Source: a virus (taxonomy: Duplodnaviria > Heunggongvirae > Uroviricota > Caudoviricetes). Taken from it: a stretch of 39,485 nucleotides of DNA. The notes below the pieces were generated by a model. The model did not search any database and had not been told where the DNA came from. It saw only the letters and a list, made by a program, of their open reading frames with translations. Shown here one piece after another: positions 1 to 13,310 of the stretch; within the stretch, counting starts at the first letter, position 1; the number at the start of each line of letters is the position of its first letter. The stretch lies in the IMG/VR virus record IMGVR_UViG_2534682294_000013, one strand, 5' to 3'. Position numbers and translations under genes: made by a program.

Positions 1-511
1 CAATTCCATTTGGTACAATCTCAATATCTGCATTTGCTAAATAAGATTGGTAATACTTTTTCAAGTATAAACTAGGCACTATCATTTTAACATTTTGCTC
101 AAGCAATTTTGGTTCAAATGCATTATGCATATGTATAACCACTCTTGCCTGAGGAGCTCGCTTACGAATTTGAGTGTATAGCTTCATGCTATTATGAACT
201 ACAATAACACTTTCTTTCGTTATAGGAAAATCATGTGCAATATTCAATATTCTCTGTGAATATGGAAGAGGATCAAGTCTTGTCCATTTTTGAAATAACC
301 GCTTATATATGCGACTGAATCCAACCCTATGAATACTACAATTATCATTAACAAAGGTGTAATTTGAGTATCCTGGATTTTTGATACAAACAATACGATT
401 TGGAAAATTGGTACGCTGAGCAACCTGATACATCCACGTTTCAACAGCAGCCGCTCCGCGAGGAGGAATTGAAAAAATAGGAGTAACCGTAAATATTATT
501 TTATCAACCAT
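1..511 (-). CDS. waaD: Outer-core LPS glycosyltransferase, GT4 WaaK/WaaD-like (3' end cut by window edge)
   Basis: ATG at 511-509 lies 8 nt after the waaJ stop. The frame is open to the window edge. The translation begins MVDKIIFTVTPIFSIPPRGAAAVETWMYQVAQR..KRLFQKWTRLDPLPYSQRILNI, which matches my memory of the WaaK/RfaK-type N-terminus. It is absent from the ORF track because it runs off the edge. The symbol rests on the R3 gene order. Confidence 0.65.
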   Translation of the reverse strand, partial: MVDKIIFTVTPIFSIPPRGAAAVETWMYQVAQRTNFPNRIVCIKNPGYSNYTFVNDNCSIHRVGFSRIYKRLFQKWTRLDPLPYSQRILNIAHDFPITKESVIVVHNSMKLYTQIRKRAPQARVVIHMHNAFEPKLLEQNVKMIVPSLYLKKYYQSYLANADIEIVPNGI

Positions 512-519
512 CTCGTATA

Positions 520-1533
520 TTAACCTTTCATAACATTATATTTAATTGCTGTAAAAACACCATCGAGAAATTTTTTCTGGTAAAGCAAGTGTTTATATTT
601 TTCTTTGTACTCATGTTTTTTAACAGCTTTTTTATAAGGTATATTTCTCCATGGTGATATATTATAAATATTACGAAAATAATCTGCAGAGGCGTAGTTC
701 GCCCAATCATGCCATGGCTTAGTTATACCAGTATAATGTATGAAGACAGTGTCATCATTAATAAACCGGGTGTAATATTCACTATTTTTTTCTTCAAATT
801 CTGACTTTATAGTATAAATACAATTATATTTTCTCGGTAATATTTTAGCATGATGTAGAAACATTAAGTTTAAAATATCTTGATCCGGGTACTTTAATTT
901 TTTTATAATTGACTCATCTGATAATAGATCAAAGAATTTTTCCGTTAGTCTTTGTTTTAACCATTCCCGTAAATTAATATACATTACACCAGAGTTAAAA
1001 TAGCTACCGTTAAAATCCTCATTACACAAACGCTCAGCGCTTTTACTTTGCATAGCATCTACATCAATTACCACTGCCCCATATTCATCTTTAAACTCTA
1101 ATGCTATTAACTCGTTCAATGAACCCTTACAGACGATATCAGCATCAAGATATAATAATGAATCCAATCGCGCAGAAAAATAATCAAATGAAAGCAAACG
1201 ATAATAAATAGATACTGGCCAGATATTTGATTGAGGTAGCGCCTTCAATGGCTCAGAATCAATATGATATAATTTAATTACTGTTTGATACTTCGTTGCT
1301 AATTGTGATAATAATTCAATATACTCTTTGTCTAAGTAATCAGCGATTATGTGAAAGGTAAATTTGTTTTGTTTATTATTTTCAAGAATTGAAGCAATTG
1401 AAATCGCAGCCCCAACCTGGTAGTTCTCATCAATACCCCATGAGACATTAAACGTTTCCCGTTCATCAAGTTTAACGGGGCGCTTGTCCAGTTCAATTAT
1501 ATCTTTAAATTGAGTAAGATGTTTAAAATCCAA
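520..1533 (-). CDS. waaJ: LPS outer-core GT8 glycosyltransferase (UDP-glucose:(galactosyl)LPS alpha-1,2-glucosyltransferase type)
   Basis: 337-aa ORF with the GT8 signature LYLDADIVC (DxD) and HYTGITKPW. It sits after waaY in the waa operon. Confidence 0.8.
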   Translation of the reverse strand: MDFKHLTQFKDIIELDKRPVKLDERETFNVSWGIDENYQVGAAISIASILENNKQNKFTFHIIADYLDKEYIELLSQLATKYQTVIKLYHIDSEPLKALPQSNIWPVSIYYRLLSFDYFSARLDSLLYLDADIVCKGSLNELIALEFKDEYGAVVIDVDAMQSKSAERLCNEDFNGSYFNSGVMYINLREWLKQRLTEKFFDLLSDESIIKKLKYPDQDILNLMFLHHAKILPRKYNCIYTIKSEFEEKNSEYYTRFINDDTVFIHYTGITKPWHDWANYASADYFRNIYNISPWRNIPYKKAVKKHEYKEKYKHLLYQKKFLDGVFTAIKYNVMKG

Positions 1534-1557
1534 TTTAATTACCCTTCATTATAATCA

Positions 1558-2265
1558 TTATTTGCTCTTCAATCCTAGTTTGACTTTTACATCCCTGATT
1601 ACTTTTTTAATTTTCTTTTTGAATATAAGATATGTATAGCCAAAGTCTTTCAATTCATTTTTTATATTATAGTGCCGTTCAAGATCAATGCGATCTTTTG
1701 CTTTTAAAACAGCGGTTGTTTTTTTACCTGAAAGGTCAATTAGTCTTAAACCTTTTTCGGATACTATAAAATTTCCCTTATGAGGATCGCCAGACACCAT
1801 TCCATGCTGATGCAACTCTTTTATCGATTCTGATAATTGATCCTTCAGATCTTCAGAAATTTCCAAATACTCATTTAACCCGACACCTTCAATATACTCA
1901 ATGAGCATAATATAATAATGAGCGAAATTTAATGTTTTACGTTCAGCTAGCAAAAAATAGTCATTAATTGATTGGATGCCTTCACCACGTACCCGATCGG
2001 TTTGATAAATTAAATTTTCATAATAATCTTTTTTTATGCAAGATTTTAAGAAACGTTCGGTCATTTTATGCTTTGGCGCATAAACTTTAAGTACAAGAGG
2101 TCCACGAGCAGTGTCAATAAGAATGACTTTAGTATCATCAATAGAACGAAAAACTTTTAATGTTTTAACCCTGCAAGTTAAAAAGTCATTTAGAACTTGC
2201 TCATAAAAGGGATCATTATCTTTTATGAAAACTTTCACCCCATTTATCGTTTTATTATATATCAT
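1558..2265 (-). CDS. waaY: LPS core heptose II kinase
   Basis: 235-aa ORF with the kinase-like catalytic loop HGMVSGDPHKGNFIV. It lies between two GT8 genes of the waa operon. Confidence 0.85.
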   Translation of the reverse strand: MIYNKTINGVKVFIKDNDPFYEQVLNDFLTCRVKTLKVFRSIDDTKVILIDTARGPLVLKVYAPKHKMTERFLKSCIKKDYYENLIYQTDRVRGEGIQSINDYFLLAERKTLNFAHYYIMLIEYIEGVGLNEYLEISEDLKDQLSESIKELHQHGMVSGDPHKGNFIVSEKGLRLIDLSGKKTTAVLKAKDRIDLERHYNIKNELKDFGYTYLIFKKKIKKVIRDVKVKLGLKSK

Positions 2266-2290
2266 AATGAATTATTTTAACCTTAAATCT

Positions 2291-3298
2291 TTAGAAGCAT
2301 TTTTCTTTATAATACTTTAAATAATTAAAAATGCCTGCCATATAATGCTTTTGTTTAAATTTATGTTTTGCACAATACCGATACTGATTGCTATTTACAG
2401 GTTTAAGTAAATCTTCTTTACTCCACGGAGAAGCTGCTTTGGCGATCAAAAAACTACGTGACACCGGATAGTCAGCCCACTCATGCCAAGGTTTTGTAGG
2501 TCCCACATAGTGTATAAACACGGTGTCATCATTGACTGGATTATCAACTTTGTCTTTTAATTCATAGTTAATACTATATCGGGTATTATATTTCTCCGAA
2601 ATAAACTTCACTTTACCATTCAATAATACATTCAGTACATCTTGATCAAGGTGGGTGATTTTACTTACCCAATCTGGGTCACGCAACATTTCAATAGCTT
2701 TTGACGAAATGTTATTTAGATTCCACTCATCAATATTTATCAGTAAAAAACCAGCATTGAAATATCCAGAAGCTAACTGTGGTGTAGTTAATACCGAGGC
2801 TCGATTTTGCCACCATTCAACATCTCTTTCAGCTACAACTGCGGCAATTTCATTAGTAGAAAATTGATAATCTAAGAGTTCTTTAATACTACCCTTGCAA
2901 GCAATATCTGCATCAAGATATAGTATTTTTTCATGTTTATGATAGAAATAATCTGCAATTATAAATCGAAAATATGTTGCGTAAGTCCAGTTTTTCGTGC
3001 TTGGTAATGACTTCAGCTTATCACAATTGATAACATAAATATTAATTCTTGAATTATATTGTTTTGCTAAATCAGAAAAATATAATTTGTCTTTATCACT
3101 GATATAATCTGTGAAAACATGAAATTCACAAGAGATTTCTCTATTGTTTAATAGAATAGATGCGATGGCTACACCACATCCAAAAAGAAAATTTCTGTCA
3201 ATACCAAATGCTATATCAAGAGTATTTTTAGATCTTATATTTTGATAATGAAAATTATACTCAAAAAGGATGATGTCACTATCATTGAGTTGAGACAT
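2291..3298 (-). CDS. waaI: LPS outer-core GT8 glycosyltransferase (alpha-1,3-galactosyltransferase type)
   Basis: 335-aa ORF with the GT8 DxD motif LYLDADIACKG and HYVGPTKPW. It is the first gene after waaP. Confidence 0.75.
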   Translation of the reverse strand: MSQLNDSDIILFEYNFHYQNIRSKNTLDIAFGIDRNFLFGCGVAIASILLNNREISCEFHVFTDYISDKDKLYFSDLAKQYNSRINIYVINCDKLKSLPSTKNWTYATYFRFIIADYFYHKHEKILYLDADIACKGSIKELLDYQFSTNEIAAVVAERDVEWWQNRASVLTTPQLASGYFNAGFLLINIDEWNLNNISSKAIEMLRDPDWVSKITHLDQDVLNVLLNGKVKFISEKYNTRYSINYELKDKVDNPVNDDTVFIHYVGPTKPWHEWADYPVSRSFLIAKAASPWSKEDLLKPVNSNQYRYCAKHKFKQKHYMAGIFNYLKYYKEKCF

Positions 3299-3340
3299 AT
3301 TTATTCTGTATCCAAAATTTTGGCAAAAATAAGTTACGGG

Positions 3341-4138
3341 TTACAACGATTTTCGAATCGTTCTTTCCCTGATTTTTGTGGCTTTTGCTTCTGCTTGCGA
3401 CAGCAGTCCTTGTTCCTGCTTGAGAATGTCTTTAAGCGGGGCGGCAAAATACACTTTCATAAACCGCCAGATATCCCGCTGAGTCAGGCCGATATTCATC
3501 GAAGAAAAATAAAGCCCAATAAGATCTTTATCCCGCCAACGACGTGGAACGCGCGTGCGAAGCTGCGCCCGGTGCAGGTCAATTACCGAAATTTTTAACT
3601 CCTCTTCCTTACCGGAAAAAGGCAAGTGCAGCAGGAAATGACAGATATAACAGTCACGGTGGTTAATGCCCGCAGCATGCATATCGTGCACCATCGTCGC
3701 GACACGCTTAATAAGCATACGCTTTACGCGAACATCTGGAGGGTTAGTCGCCCAGTCAGCACAGTAATCTTCAAGACTTATGGTTGGTGTCAGATCTTCG
3801 GTAATAATAAATGAAGTTCTGGTCAGCGGATTCATGCCTTTTTCGCCAAATGCCACCCCATACATAGTATCAACGCCGACATCCCGCAGTCGATGAATCG
3901 CATTCCATTCGCGGTCTGCGCCTAATACTGGCATCCGCAATGAGAGTAAATTTTTGATTATCTCTTTCAGGGTCGTGCCGCGATGCCATTTGAGAAAATA
4001 GCTTTTGCCCGCCATTTCAAATCGCAGAGTGCGGCGAGTTTCCAGTTCACGAAAAACCTCACCCTGCAAGGTTTTAACTTCCTCAAAAGGATCTTTACCG
4101 CGCCATAACGTGGCAAACGGCTCTTTAAGTTCAACCAT
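3341..4138 (-). CDS. waaP: LPS core heptose I kinase
   Basis: Sequence [21 protein letters not shown]... with the catalytic loop [14 protein letters not shown] chose the internal ATG at 4138, which gives 265 aa. It overlaps the waaG stop by 8 nt. The track ORF starts 3 codons earlier at 4147. Confidence 0.93.
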   Translation of the reverse strand: MVELKEPFATLWRGKDPFEEVKTLQGEVFRELETRRTLRFEMAGKSYFLKWHRGTTLKEIIKNLLSLRMPVLGADREWNAIHRLRDVGVDTMYGVAFGEKGMNPLTRTSFIITEDLTPTISLEDYCADWATNPPDVRVKRMLIKRVATMVHDMHAAGINHRDCYICHFLLHLPFSGKEEELKISVIDLHRAQLRTRVPRRWRDKDLIGLYFSSMNIGLTQRDIWRFMKVYFAAPLKDILKQEQGLLSQAEAKATKIRERTIRKSL

Positions 4139-5255
4139 CCAGACCACCCGTTATGATATCCGCCGCTTTCTCTGGCAGACTGTATAAATCTTGTGTATCA
4201 GCATAATGTCGCGCATTTTCCGCCCAGGCCTGGCGCAATGAAGATTGCGTTAACGCTTTGCGTAAAATCTCATTCAATGTTTCCTGGCGGAATGGCTCAG
4301 CAATAGCCTCGCCGCAATTGGCGTCGACAATATAATGCGCATAGCCACAAACGGCTGTTGTTAGTACCGGTAATCCTGCAGTAATCGCTTCCAGTAGCAC
4401 AATTCCCGCTGCTTCCTGGTAGGCAGGATGCAGTAATAAATCCGCCGCCGCCATTAATTCCGAGACATCGTTGCGCCCCGAGAAGAAGTGAACATTACTG
4501 CGCACGCCGCGTTTTTCTGCCAGCGCCTCAAATTTTCGCGGTTTATCCTGTCCAACAACATATAGCAATGTGTTGTGGCGCAGCGAATCCGGTAACGAAG
4601 CAAGTGCTTCAATGGAACGATCGACACCTTTACGCGTGAAGTCTGAACCGACCTGCAACAATAAATATTGTTGTTCGGTTATTCCATTCTTCTTACGGAA
4701 GATTTCACGGCTATTAGCTGGCTGCTGGCTATATTTACGATCAGGATAAATCCCCGGTGGTAGAATATGAAAACGCTCCGCTTCAGTCTGATAATGTTTC
4801 TGGAAATCGGCGATTTGCTTATCTGTCAGCATCAGCAGCTGTGTCGGCTTGCCCTGTTCGAAGGTTGCCCGCTCAAAGGCGGCATAATGGCGATAACGTG
4901 ACGTCAGGTGATAGAAAAAGCCTTTTTCCTGCGCGACTTTCTCGGCATAACAAACATCAGCGGCATAATAAACGTCCAGCCCCGGCATTTTGTTGAATCC
5001 AACGACTTTATCGACGGGATGTTCGCGTAAATGTTTTTGCACCCAGGCAAAATACTCCGCATTGCGCCCGTGATTGGTATGCGATTTAACCGGCACTTTG
5101 ATCAGTTCAAATACATCAGGGCATTCGCCTTCCCACGACTGGGTATAAACCCGAACATGATGACCTCGGGCGGCGACTGTCTGAGCAATACGCATAAAAT
5201 CGCGCTGCAAACCGCCAAAGGGAAAATATTTATATAAACAAAAAGCAACGATCAT
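4131..5255 (-). CDS. waaG: LPS core glucosyltransferase I (GT4)
   Basis: 374-aa ORF with the GT4 E-x7-E region [18 protein letters not shown]. It has an ATGA overlap with the waaQ stop. Confidence 0.95.
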   Translation of the reverse strand: MIVAFCLYKYFPFGGLQRDFMRIAQTVAARGHHVRVYTQSWEGECPDVFELIKVPVKSHTNHGRNAEYFAWVQKHLREHPVDKVVGFNKMPGLDVYYAADVCYAEKVAQEKGFFYHLTSRYRHYAAFERATFEQGKPTQLLMLTDKQIADFQKHYQTEAERFHILPPGIYPDRKYSQQPANSREIFRKKNGITEQQYLLLQVGSDFTRKGVDRSIEALASLPDSLRHNTLLYVVGQDKPRKFEALAEKRGVRSNVHFFSGRNDVSELMAAADLLLHPAYQEAAGIVLLEAITAGLPVLTTAVCGYAHYIVDANCGEAIAEPFRQETLNEILRKALTQSSLRQAWAENARHYADTQDLYSLPEKAADIITGGLDG

Positions 5256-6310
5256 AACGACGTACCTGTCGTGGAGGAGGGCAGTAATTTATCGACAGCA
5301 GCAATGACATCTGCCGCCGGAATAACCGAAAGATACATCTCATTTCGGTCACGCTGATCGCGCGTTGGCATTTCCCGGTAATCTCCCGCCCAGAATTGAA
5401 TCATGTTATTTGACCAAGGACGCCAGAAAATATGGTCTGTCGCACCAAACAGCGATATCAGCGGCGTATTAACTGCAGCGGCAATATGCGCCGGTGCGGA
5501 ATCAACGCCAATAAACAGCTGCGCATGATCGATTAACGCACCAAGTTCCGGGAAGGTCACCTTTCCAGCCAGCGCCGTTACTGGTGGCGTCTGGCATCCT
5601 TGCGCAATTTCATTGACGCAGGCCAGATCGTCTTTATCTGGGCCGGACGTCAGAACGACTTCATAACCACGAGCATGTAAGGCATCAATCACAGCGGAAA
5701 ACTTGGCGTTGTCCCAGCATTTGAAGATTTGCCGCGCCGTAGGTTGGATAACCACATAATTTTGTCCAACACCAGCGTGATCAAGTTCGCGACGCATACG
5801 TTTCCAGCTTGCAGGCGGGTAACTCATGGTTGTCTGCTTCACCAACGAATCAAGTCCCAATGGTGTCAGCACGGATAAGTTACTTTCCACCACATTTCCA
5901 CCCTGCAACGGCACCAAATGGGTGAAACTTTTACGCCAAAAAGCAGACTGCCGATGATGATAATCCTGGGAAATTTTCACACGGGCATTTAATAAGCGAA
6001 CCAGTATAGCAACCATCCATTGATCGGTAAGATTGACGATAAGGTCATACTTATTGGCACGTAATACCTTGATGAGATGAAAAAAGTTGGCAATTTTTTC
6101 TGAGGCTTTTGCTTTTTTATTTTTTATGCCGTAGAGCGCGTTAATCTCTGGATTTTCAGACAGGATCGGGATGGTGTCCTGATAAAGCAGCACATCGATT
6201 TTTGCGTCAGGGTAATTTTTTTTCAGCGAACTAATGACGGGAGTAGTTAATAACATATCCCCATGAAAACGCATCTTAATGAGCAAAATTCTTCGAAATG
6301 GCTTATCCAC
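5252..6310 (-). CDS. waaQ: LPS heptosyltransferase III (GT9)
   Basis: 352-aa ORF with a GTG start at 6310 and GT9 motifs RILLIKMRFHGD and GVDSAPAHIAAA. An alternative start is Met13 at 6274. Confidence 0.88.
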   Translation of the reverse strand: MDKPFRRILLIKMRFHGDMLLTTPVISSLKKNYPDAKIDVLLYQDTIPILSENPEINALYGIKNKKAKASEKIANFFHLIKVLRANKYDLIVNLTDQWMVAILVRLLNARVKISQDYHHRQSAFWRKSFTHLVPLQGGNVVESNLSVLTPLGLDSLVKQTTMSYPPASWKRMRRELDHAGVGQNYVVIQPTARQIFKCWDNAKFSAVIDALHARGYEVVLTSGPDKDDLACVNEIAQGCQTPPVTALAGKVTFPELGALIDHAQLFIGVDSAPAHIAAAVNTPLISLFGATDHIFWRPWSNNMIQFWAGDYREMPTRDQRDRNEMYLSVIPAADVIAAVDKLLPSSTTGTSL

Positions 6311-6359
6311 AAGTAACTCTTTTTGTTGAGATTATCCGATTAAGGTGAAGCAGAAAAAG

Positions 6360-6409
6360 CACGCTACCGCCCCAGGCTCAACAGCTACCTGAATACTGAT
6401 ACCGCACTG
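6360..6409 (-). promoter_or_regulatory. JUMPstart element containing the ops (RfaH recruitment) site
   Basis: The minus strand reads cagtgcggtatcagtattcaggtagctgttgagcctggggcggtagcgtg. The last 12 nt, GGCGGTAGCGTG (6371-6360), match the ops consensus GGCGGTAGnnTG. The element lies in the leader upstream of waaQ. Confidence 0.88.
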
Positions 6410-6722
6410 ATATTGACGCGCTAGTGTATCACTTCTTTCGCGGCAATCCGACCCGAATGATTTTTAAGCACATTGTTGATTTTCAATAAAGAAATCAATC
6501 AAATAAAATCATTAGCAACCATATTCTTTCACTGTTGCTCTGCGATTCCTTCCTGCACGTACAGCAGAAATCAATGAATCGCATAAAAATACAAAAAAAG
6601 TATAGATGTTCAGCAAGAATTGGCGGGTAAATTGCTATTTAAGTCAAAAACGGGAAAAGTAATGGTAAAGCCACAGCTAAATACATAGAATCCCCAGCAC
6701 ATCCATAAGTCAGCTATTTACT

Positions 6723-8487
<1,765 letters not shown>

Positions 8488-8494
8488 CGTTTAT

Positions 8495-8516
8495 GCCGGA
8501 TGGTATGCCATCCGGC
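8495..8516. terminator. Stem-loop between convergent coaD and mutM
   Basis: gccggatgg-tatg-ccatccggc forms a 9-bp perfect stem. There is no long T tract on either side. Confidence 0.45.
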
Positions 8517-8525
8517 GCGCATGAA

Positions 8526-9335
8526 TTACTTCTGGCACTGCCGACAATAAAACGTTGCCCGCTGCGCATGTTTAGTCGCCACAATCGGCGTACCGCACAC
8601 CCGACACGGCTCACCTTTTCGCCCGTAAACCTGCAATTCCTGAGCGAAATAGCCCGGTTTACCATCACTTTGCAGAAAATCTTTCAGCGTTGTACCACCC
8701 TGCTCAATCGAACGCAGCAACACCGCTTTAATCACCCGAGCTAACAATTCACACTCTGCCAGCGACAGTGATGACGCCAGCCGATCCGGATGGATCCCCG
8801 CCGCAAACAGTGATTCGCTGGCATAGATATTCCCTACCCCTACCACCAGCTTGTTATCCATCAGCCACGGTTTAATCGCCGTTTTTTTCTTCGCGCACTT
8901 CTGATGCAGATACTCACCATTGAAATCGTCGCTAAGCGGCTCCGGTCCAAGATGGGCCAGCACATTATGCCCTTCCAGCTCTTTGGTCCACAGCCAGGCA
9001 CCAAAGCGGCGCGGATCGGTGTAGCGCAGCACTTTGCCGTTGCTCATCACCAAATCCACATGGTCATGCTTTTCAGGGGGAAGTTCTTCTGGAAGGATGC
9101 GCAGGCTGCCAGACATCCCTAAATGAATGATAATCCAGCCCTCAGGCAGCTCCAGCAGCAGATATTTAGCCCGCCGCTGCACGCTAAGCACTGGTTGGTC
9201 GCTTAAACGGTAGATCTCTTCTGAAACCGGCCAGCGCAAGCGTCCGTTGCGCACCACTGCATGAAGAATGGTTGCACCAACGAGATGCGGTTCTATGCCG
9301 CGGCGGCTGGTTTCAACTTCGGGTAATTCAGGCAT
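8526..9335 (-). CDS. mutM: Formamidopyrimidine-DNA glycosylase
   Basis: 269 aa, starting [13 protein letters not shown] (catalytic Pro2). The C-terminus has the zinc finger CRVCGTPI...CRQCQ. Confidence 0.97.
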
Positions 9336-9386
9336 AGCATCTCCAGGAATGAACAGATGCAGTCAATATGGGGGCAAGCAGATAAC

Positions 9387-9414
9387 AAAAAACCCCGCCG
9401 GAGCGAGGTTTTTT
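9387..9414 (-). terminator. Rho-independent-type hairpin downstream of rpmG
   Basis: aaaaaa-ccccgc-cgga-gcgagg-tttttt. This is a GC stem with one mismatch, flanked by A and T runs, so it could act in both directions. Confidence 0.55.
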
Positions 9415-9432
9415 GTTACATCAAAGCGAGAA

Positions 9433-9603
<171 letters not shown>

Positions 9604-9620
9604 TTATTTCCTCTAAGTAC

Positions 9621-9878
<258 letters not shown>

Positions 9879-10073
9879 TTAGCTCGAGCTTCGTATGGGG
9901 TATTGGCGCCTCGTCAGGCTTTACAGCCCGGTCATCGCAGTTCTATGTGAACTCTCGATTGCCAGGCCCAAATGCCAAACCCGAGATTCTCAAAGGTGGC
10001 GTAGTATACGCTGACTCAGCGATGTGCTCAAGTCCCGAACAGACAAAGATCCCGAAGGATCGCGCATAGCGGG

Positions 10074-10748
10074 TTAAATCCAGCCGCGTTCGGCAAAAGA
10101 AACATACTCTCCACGCCCAATCACGATATGGTCGAGCACGCGTAAATCCATGAACTGACAACTCTTTATTATCCGTTCAGTAATGAGTTTATCCGCTTTA
10201 CTGGGTTCAGCACAACCCGAAGGGTGATTATGTGCAAGGATCAGCGCCGAGGCGTTTATTTTTATCGCTTCGCGGATAATTTCCCGAGGATGGACTTCAA
10301 CATGGTTTAGCGTGCCGGAAAAAAGACGGCTATGCGTTATAACCCGGTGTTGGGAGTCGAGAAAGATCACCATAAAGATCTCCCGCTCCTCACCCGTGAG
10401 CTGGCTTTGTAAAAATTCCCGCGTCATCTCCGGGCTGAGTAAAGGGCTTTCTTCACGCATCCGCACGTTGTAGTAACGTCGCGCCAGTTCAGCAATCCCC
10501 TTTAACTGGGCAAATTTCGCTACGCCAATTCCATGAACACCACTAAATTGTTCATATTCAGAGGTTAACAAGCCATAAAGAGAGCCGAAATTCTCCAGCA
10601 TCTCTTTTGCCAGGGTTAATACATCTTTACCGCGCGTTCCGGTACGCAGAAATAGCGCCAGCAGCTCGACATCAGTTAAGGCGCTAATACCAAACTTCAG
10701 CATTTTTTCGCGCGGCATCAACAGCTGTGCATTGTTTTTCACCTTCAC
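10074..10748 (-). CDS. yicR: RadC-like JAB/MPN domain protein
   Basis: Contains the JAB motif [10 protein letters not shown]. An alternative GTG start two codons in (10742) would give 222 aa. Confidence 0.9.
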
Positions 10749-10913
10749 CTCCTTTGTGGTGCTCGCATCCTGTCATAGCCGTTCCGTTAAATCGACGGCC
10801 AGTTTTCAATCCTGGAAAGCGCCTCGCAAAGTGAATCTCAGGTGAAGGCACGACAACAAAAGTATTGTGATAAAATCGCCAACTTCTGGTGTCACCCAAC
10901 AGGAAAAATCATC

Positions 10914-12134
10914 ATGAGCCTGGCCGGTAAAAAAATCGTTCTCGGCGTTAGCGGCGGTATTGCTGCCTATAAAACCCCTGAACTGGTGCGTCGTTTGCGC
11001 GATCGCGGGGCCGACGTCCGCGTAGCCATGACCGAAGCGGCAAAAGCCTTTATCACCCCACTTAGCTTGCAGGCGGTTTCTGGTTATCCCGTTTCCGACA
11101 GTTTGCTGGACCCGGCAGCCGAAGCCGCTATGGGCCATATTGAGCTGGGTAAATGGGCTGATTTAGTGATTCTCGCCCCTGCCACGGCAGATTTGATTGC
11201 CCGTGTTGCTGCCGGAATGGCGAATGACCTGGTATCGACGATTTGTCTGGCTACACCTGCGCCTGTAGCCGTGCTCCCCGCCATGAACCAGCAGATGTAC
11301 CGTGCCGCTGCCACGCAGCATAATTTAGAGGTGCTTGCTTCCCGTGGTTTGCTCATCTGGGGGCCAGACAGTGGCAGTCAGGCTTGTGGTGATATCGGTC
11401 CTGGGCGAATGCTCGATCCGTTAACCATTGTGGATATGGCGGTAGCGCATTTTTCGCCCGTCAACGACCTGAAACATCTGAACATTATGATTACCGCCGG
11501 CCCGACGCGTGAACCGCTCGATCCCGTGCGTTATATCTCTAATCACAGCTCCGGCAAGATGGGTTTTGCTATCGCCGCCGCCGCTGCCCGTCGTGGCGCG
11601 AACGTCACGCTGGTATCAGGTCCGGTTTCACTACCGACGCCACCGTTTGTTAAACGTGTTGATGTGATGACCGCGCTGGAAATGGAAGCCGCCGTGAATG
11701 CTTCTGTACAGCAGCAAAATATTTTTATCGGCTGCGCCGCCGTGGCGGATTATCGCGCAGCTACCGTGGCCCCAGAGAAAATCAAAAAGCAGGCCACGCA
11801 GGGTGATGAATTAACAATAAAAATGGTTAAAAACCCCGATATCGTCGCAGGCGTTGCCGCACTAAAAGACCATCGACCCTACGTCGTTGGATTTGCCGCC
11901 GAAACAAATAATGTGGAAGAATACGCCCGGCAAAAACGTATCCGTAAAAACCTTGATCTGATCTGCGCGAACGATGTTTCCCAGCCAACTCAAGGATTTA
12001 ACAGCGACAACAACGCATTACACCTTTTCTGGCAGGACGGAGATAAAGTCTTACCGCTTGAGCGCAAAGAGCTCCTTGGCCAATTATTACTCGACGAGAT
12101 CGTGACCCGTTATGATGAAAAAAATCGACGTTAA
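10914..12134 (+). CDS. coaBC: Bifunctional phosphopantothenoylcysteine decarboxylase / synthetase
   Basis: [20 protein letters not shown]... gives 406 aa from the ATG at 10914. The track ORF (10842) is a 24-codon upstream extension. Confidence 0.97.
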
Positions 12135-12570
12135 GATTCTGGACCCGCGCGTTGGGAAGGAATTTCCGCTCCCGACTTATGCCACCTCTGGCTCTGCCGG
12201 ACTTGACCTGCGTGCCTGTCTCGACGACGCCGTAGAACTGGCTCCGGGTGACACTACGCTGGTTCCGACCGGGCTGGCGATTCATATTGCCGATCCTTCA
12301 CTGGCGGCAATGATGCTGCCGCGCTCCGGATTGGGACATAAGCACGGTATCGTGCTTGGTAACCTGGTAGGATTGATCGATTCCGACTATCAGGGCCAGT
12401 TGATGATTTCCGTGTGGAACCGTGGTCAGGACAGCTTCACCATTCAACCTGGCGAACGTATCGCCCAGATGATTTTTGTTCCGGTAGTACAGGCTGAATT
12501 TAATCTGGTGGAAGATTTCGACGCCACCGACCGCGGTGAAGGCGGCTTTGGTCACTCTGGTCGTCAGTAA
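12112..12570 (+). CDS. dut: dUTP diphosphatase
   Basis: 152 aa with dUTPase motifs [11 protein letters not shown] and [11 protein letters not shown]. It overlaps the coaBC 3' end by 23 nt. Confidence 0.97.
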
Positions 12571-12676
12571 CACATACGCATCCGAATAACGTCATAACAT
12601 AGCCGTAAACATTTCGTTTGCGGTCATAGCGTGGGTGCCGCCTGGCAAGTGCTTATTTTCAGGGGTATTTTGTAAC

Positions 12677-13273
12677 ATGGCAGAAAAACAAACTGCGAAA
12701 AGGAACCGTCGCGAGGAAATACTTCAGTCTCTGGCGCTGATGCTGGAATCCAGCGATGGAAGCCAACGTATCACGACGGCAAAACTGGCCGCCTCTGTCG
12801 GCGTTTCCGAAGCGGCACTGTATCGCCACTTCCCCAGTAAGACCCGCATGTTCGATAGCCTGATTGAGTTTATCGAAGATAGCCTGATTACTCGCATCAA
12901 TCTGATTCTGAAAGATGAGAAAGACACCACAGCGCGCCTGCGTCTGATTGTGTTGCTGCTTCTCGGTTTTGGTGAGCGTAATCCTGGCCTGACCCGCATC
13001 CTCACTGGTCATGCGCTAATGTTTGAACAGGATCGCCTGCAAGGGCGCATCAACCAGCTGTTCGAGCGTATTGAAGCGCAGCTGCGTCAGGTATTGCGTG
13101 AAAAGAGAATGCGTGAGGGTGAAGGTTACACCACCGATGAAACCCTGCTGGCAAGCCAGATCCTAGCCTTCTGTGAAGGTATGCTGTCACGTTTTGTCCG
13201 CAGCGAATTTAAATACCGCCCGACGGATGATTTTGACGCCCGCTGGCCGCTAATTGCGGCACAGTTGCAGTAA
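12677..13273 (+). CDS. slmA: Nucleoid occlusion factor, TetR family
   Basis: [20 protein letters not shown]... with the [23 protein letters not shown]. It is 198 aa from the ATG at 12677. Confidence 0.95.
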
Positions 13274-13278
13274 TATGA

Positions 13279-13310
13279 CGCCGGATGACTTTTCATCCGG
13301 CGAGTTTCTT
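13279..13310 (+). terminator. Hairpin terminator after slmA (between convergent slmA and pyrE)
   Basis: cgccggatga-cttt-tcatccggcg forms a 10-bp perfect stem followed by agtttcttt. Confidence 0.6.

Noticed and set aside
244-444. 66-aa minus-strand ORF near the window start.
   Set aside because: It is in a different frame from the WaaK/WaaD-like reading frame that starts at 511 and stays open to the window edge, so it is an out-of-frame artefact inside that gene.
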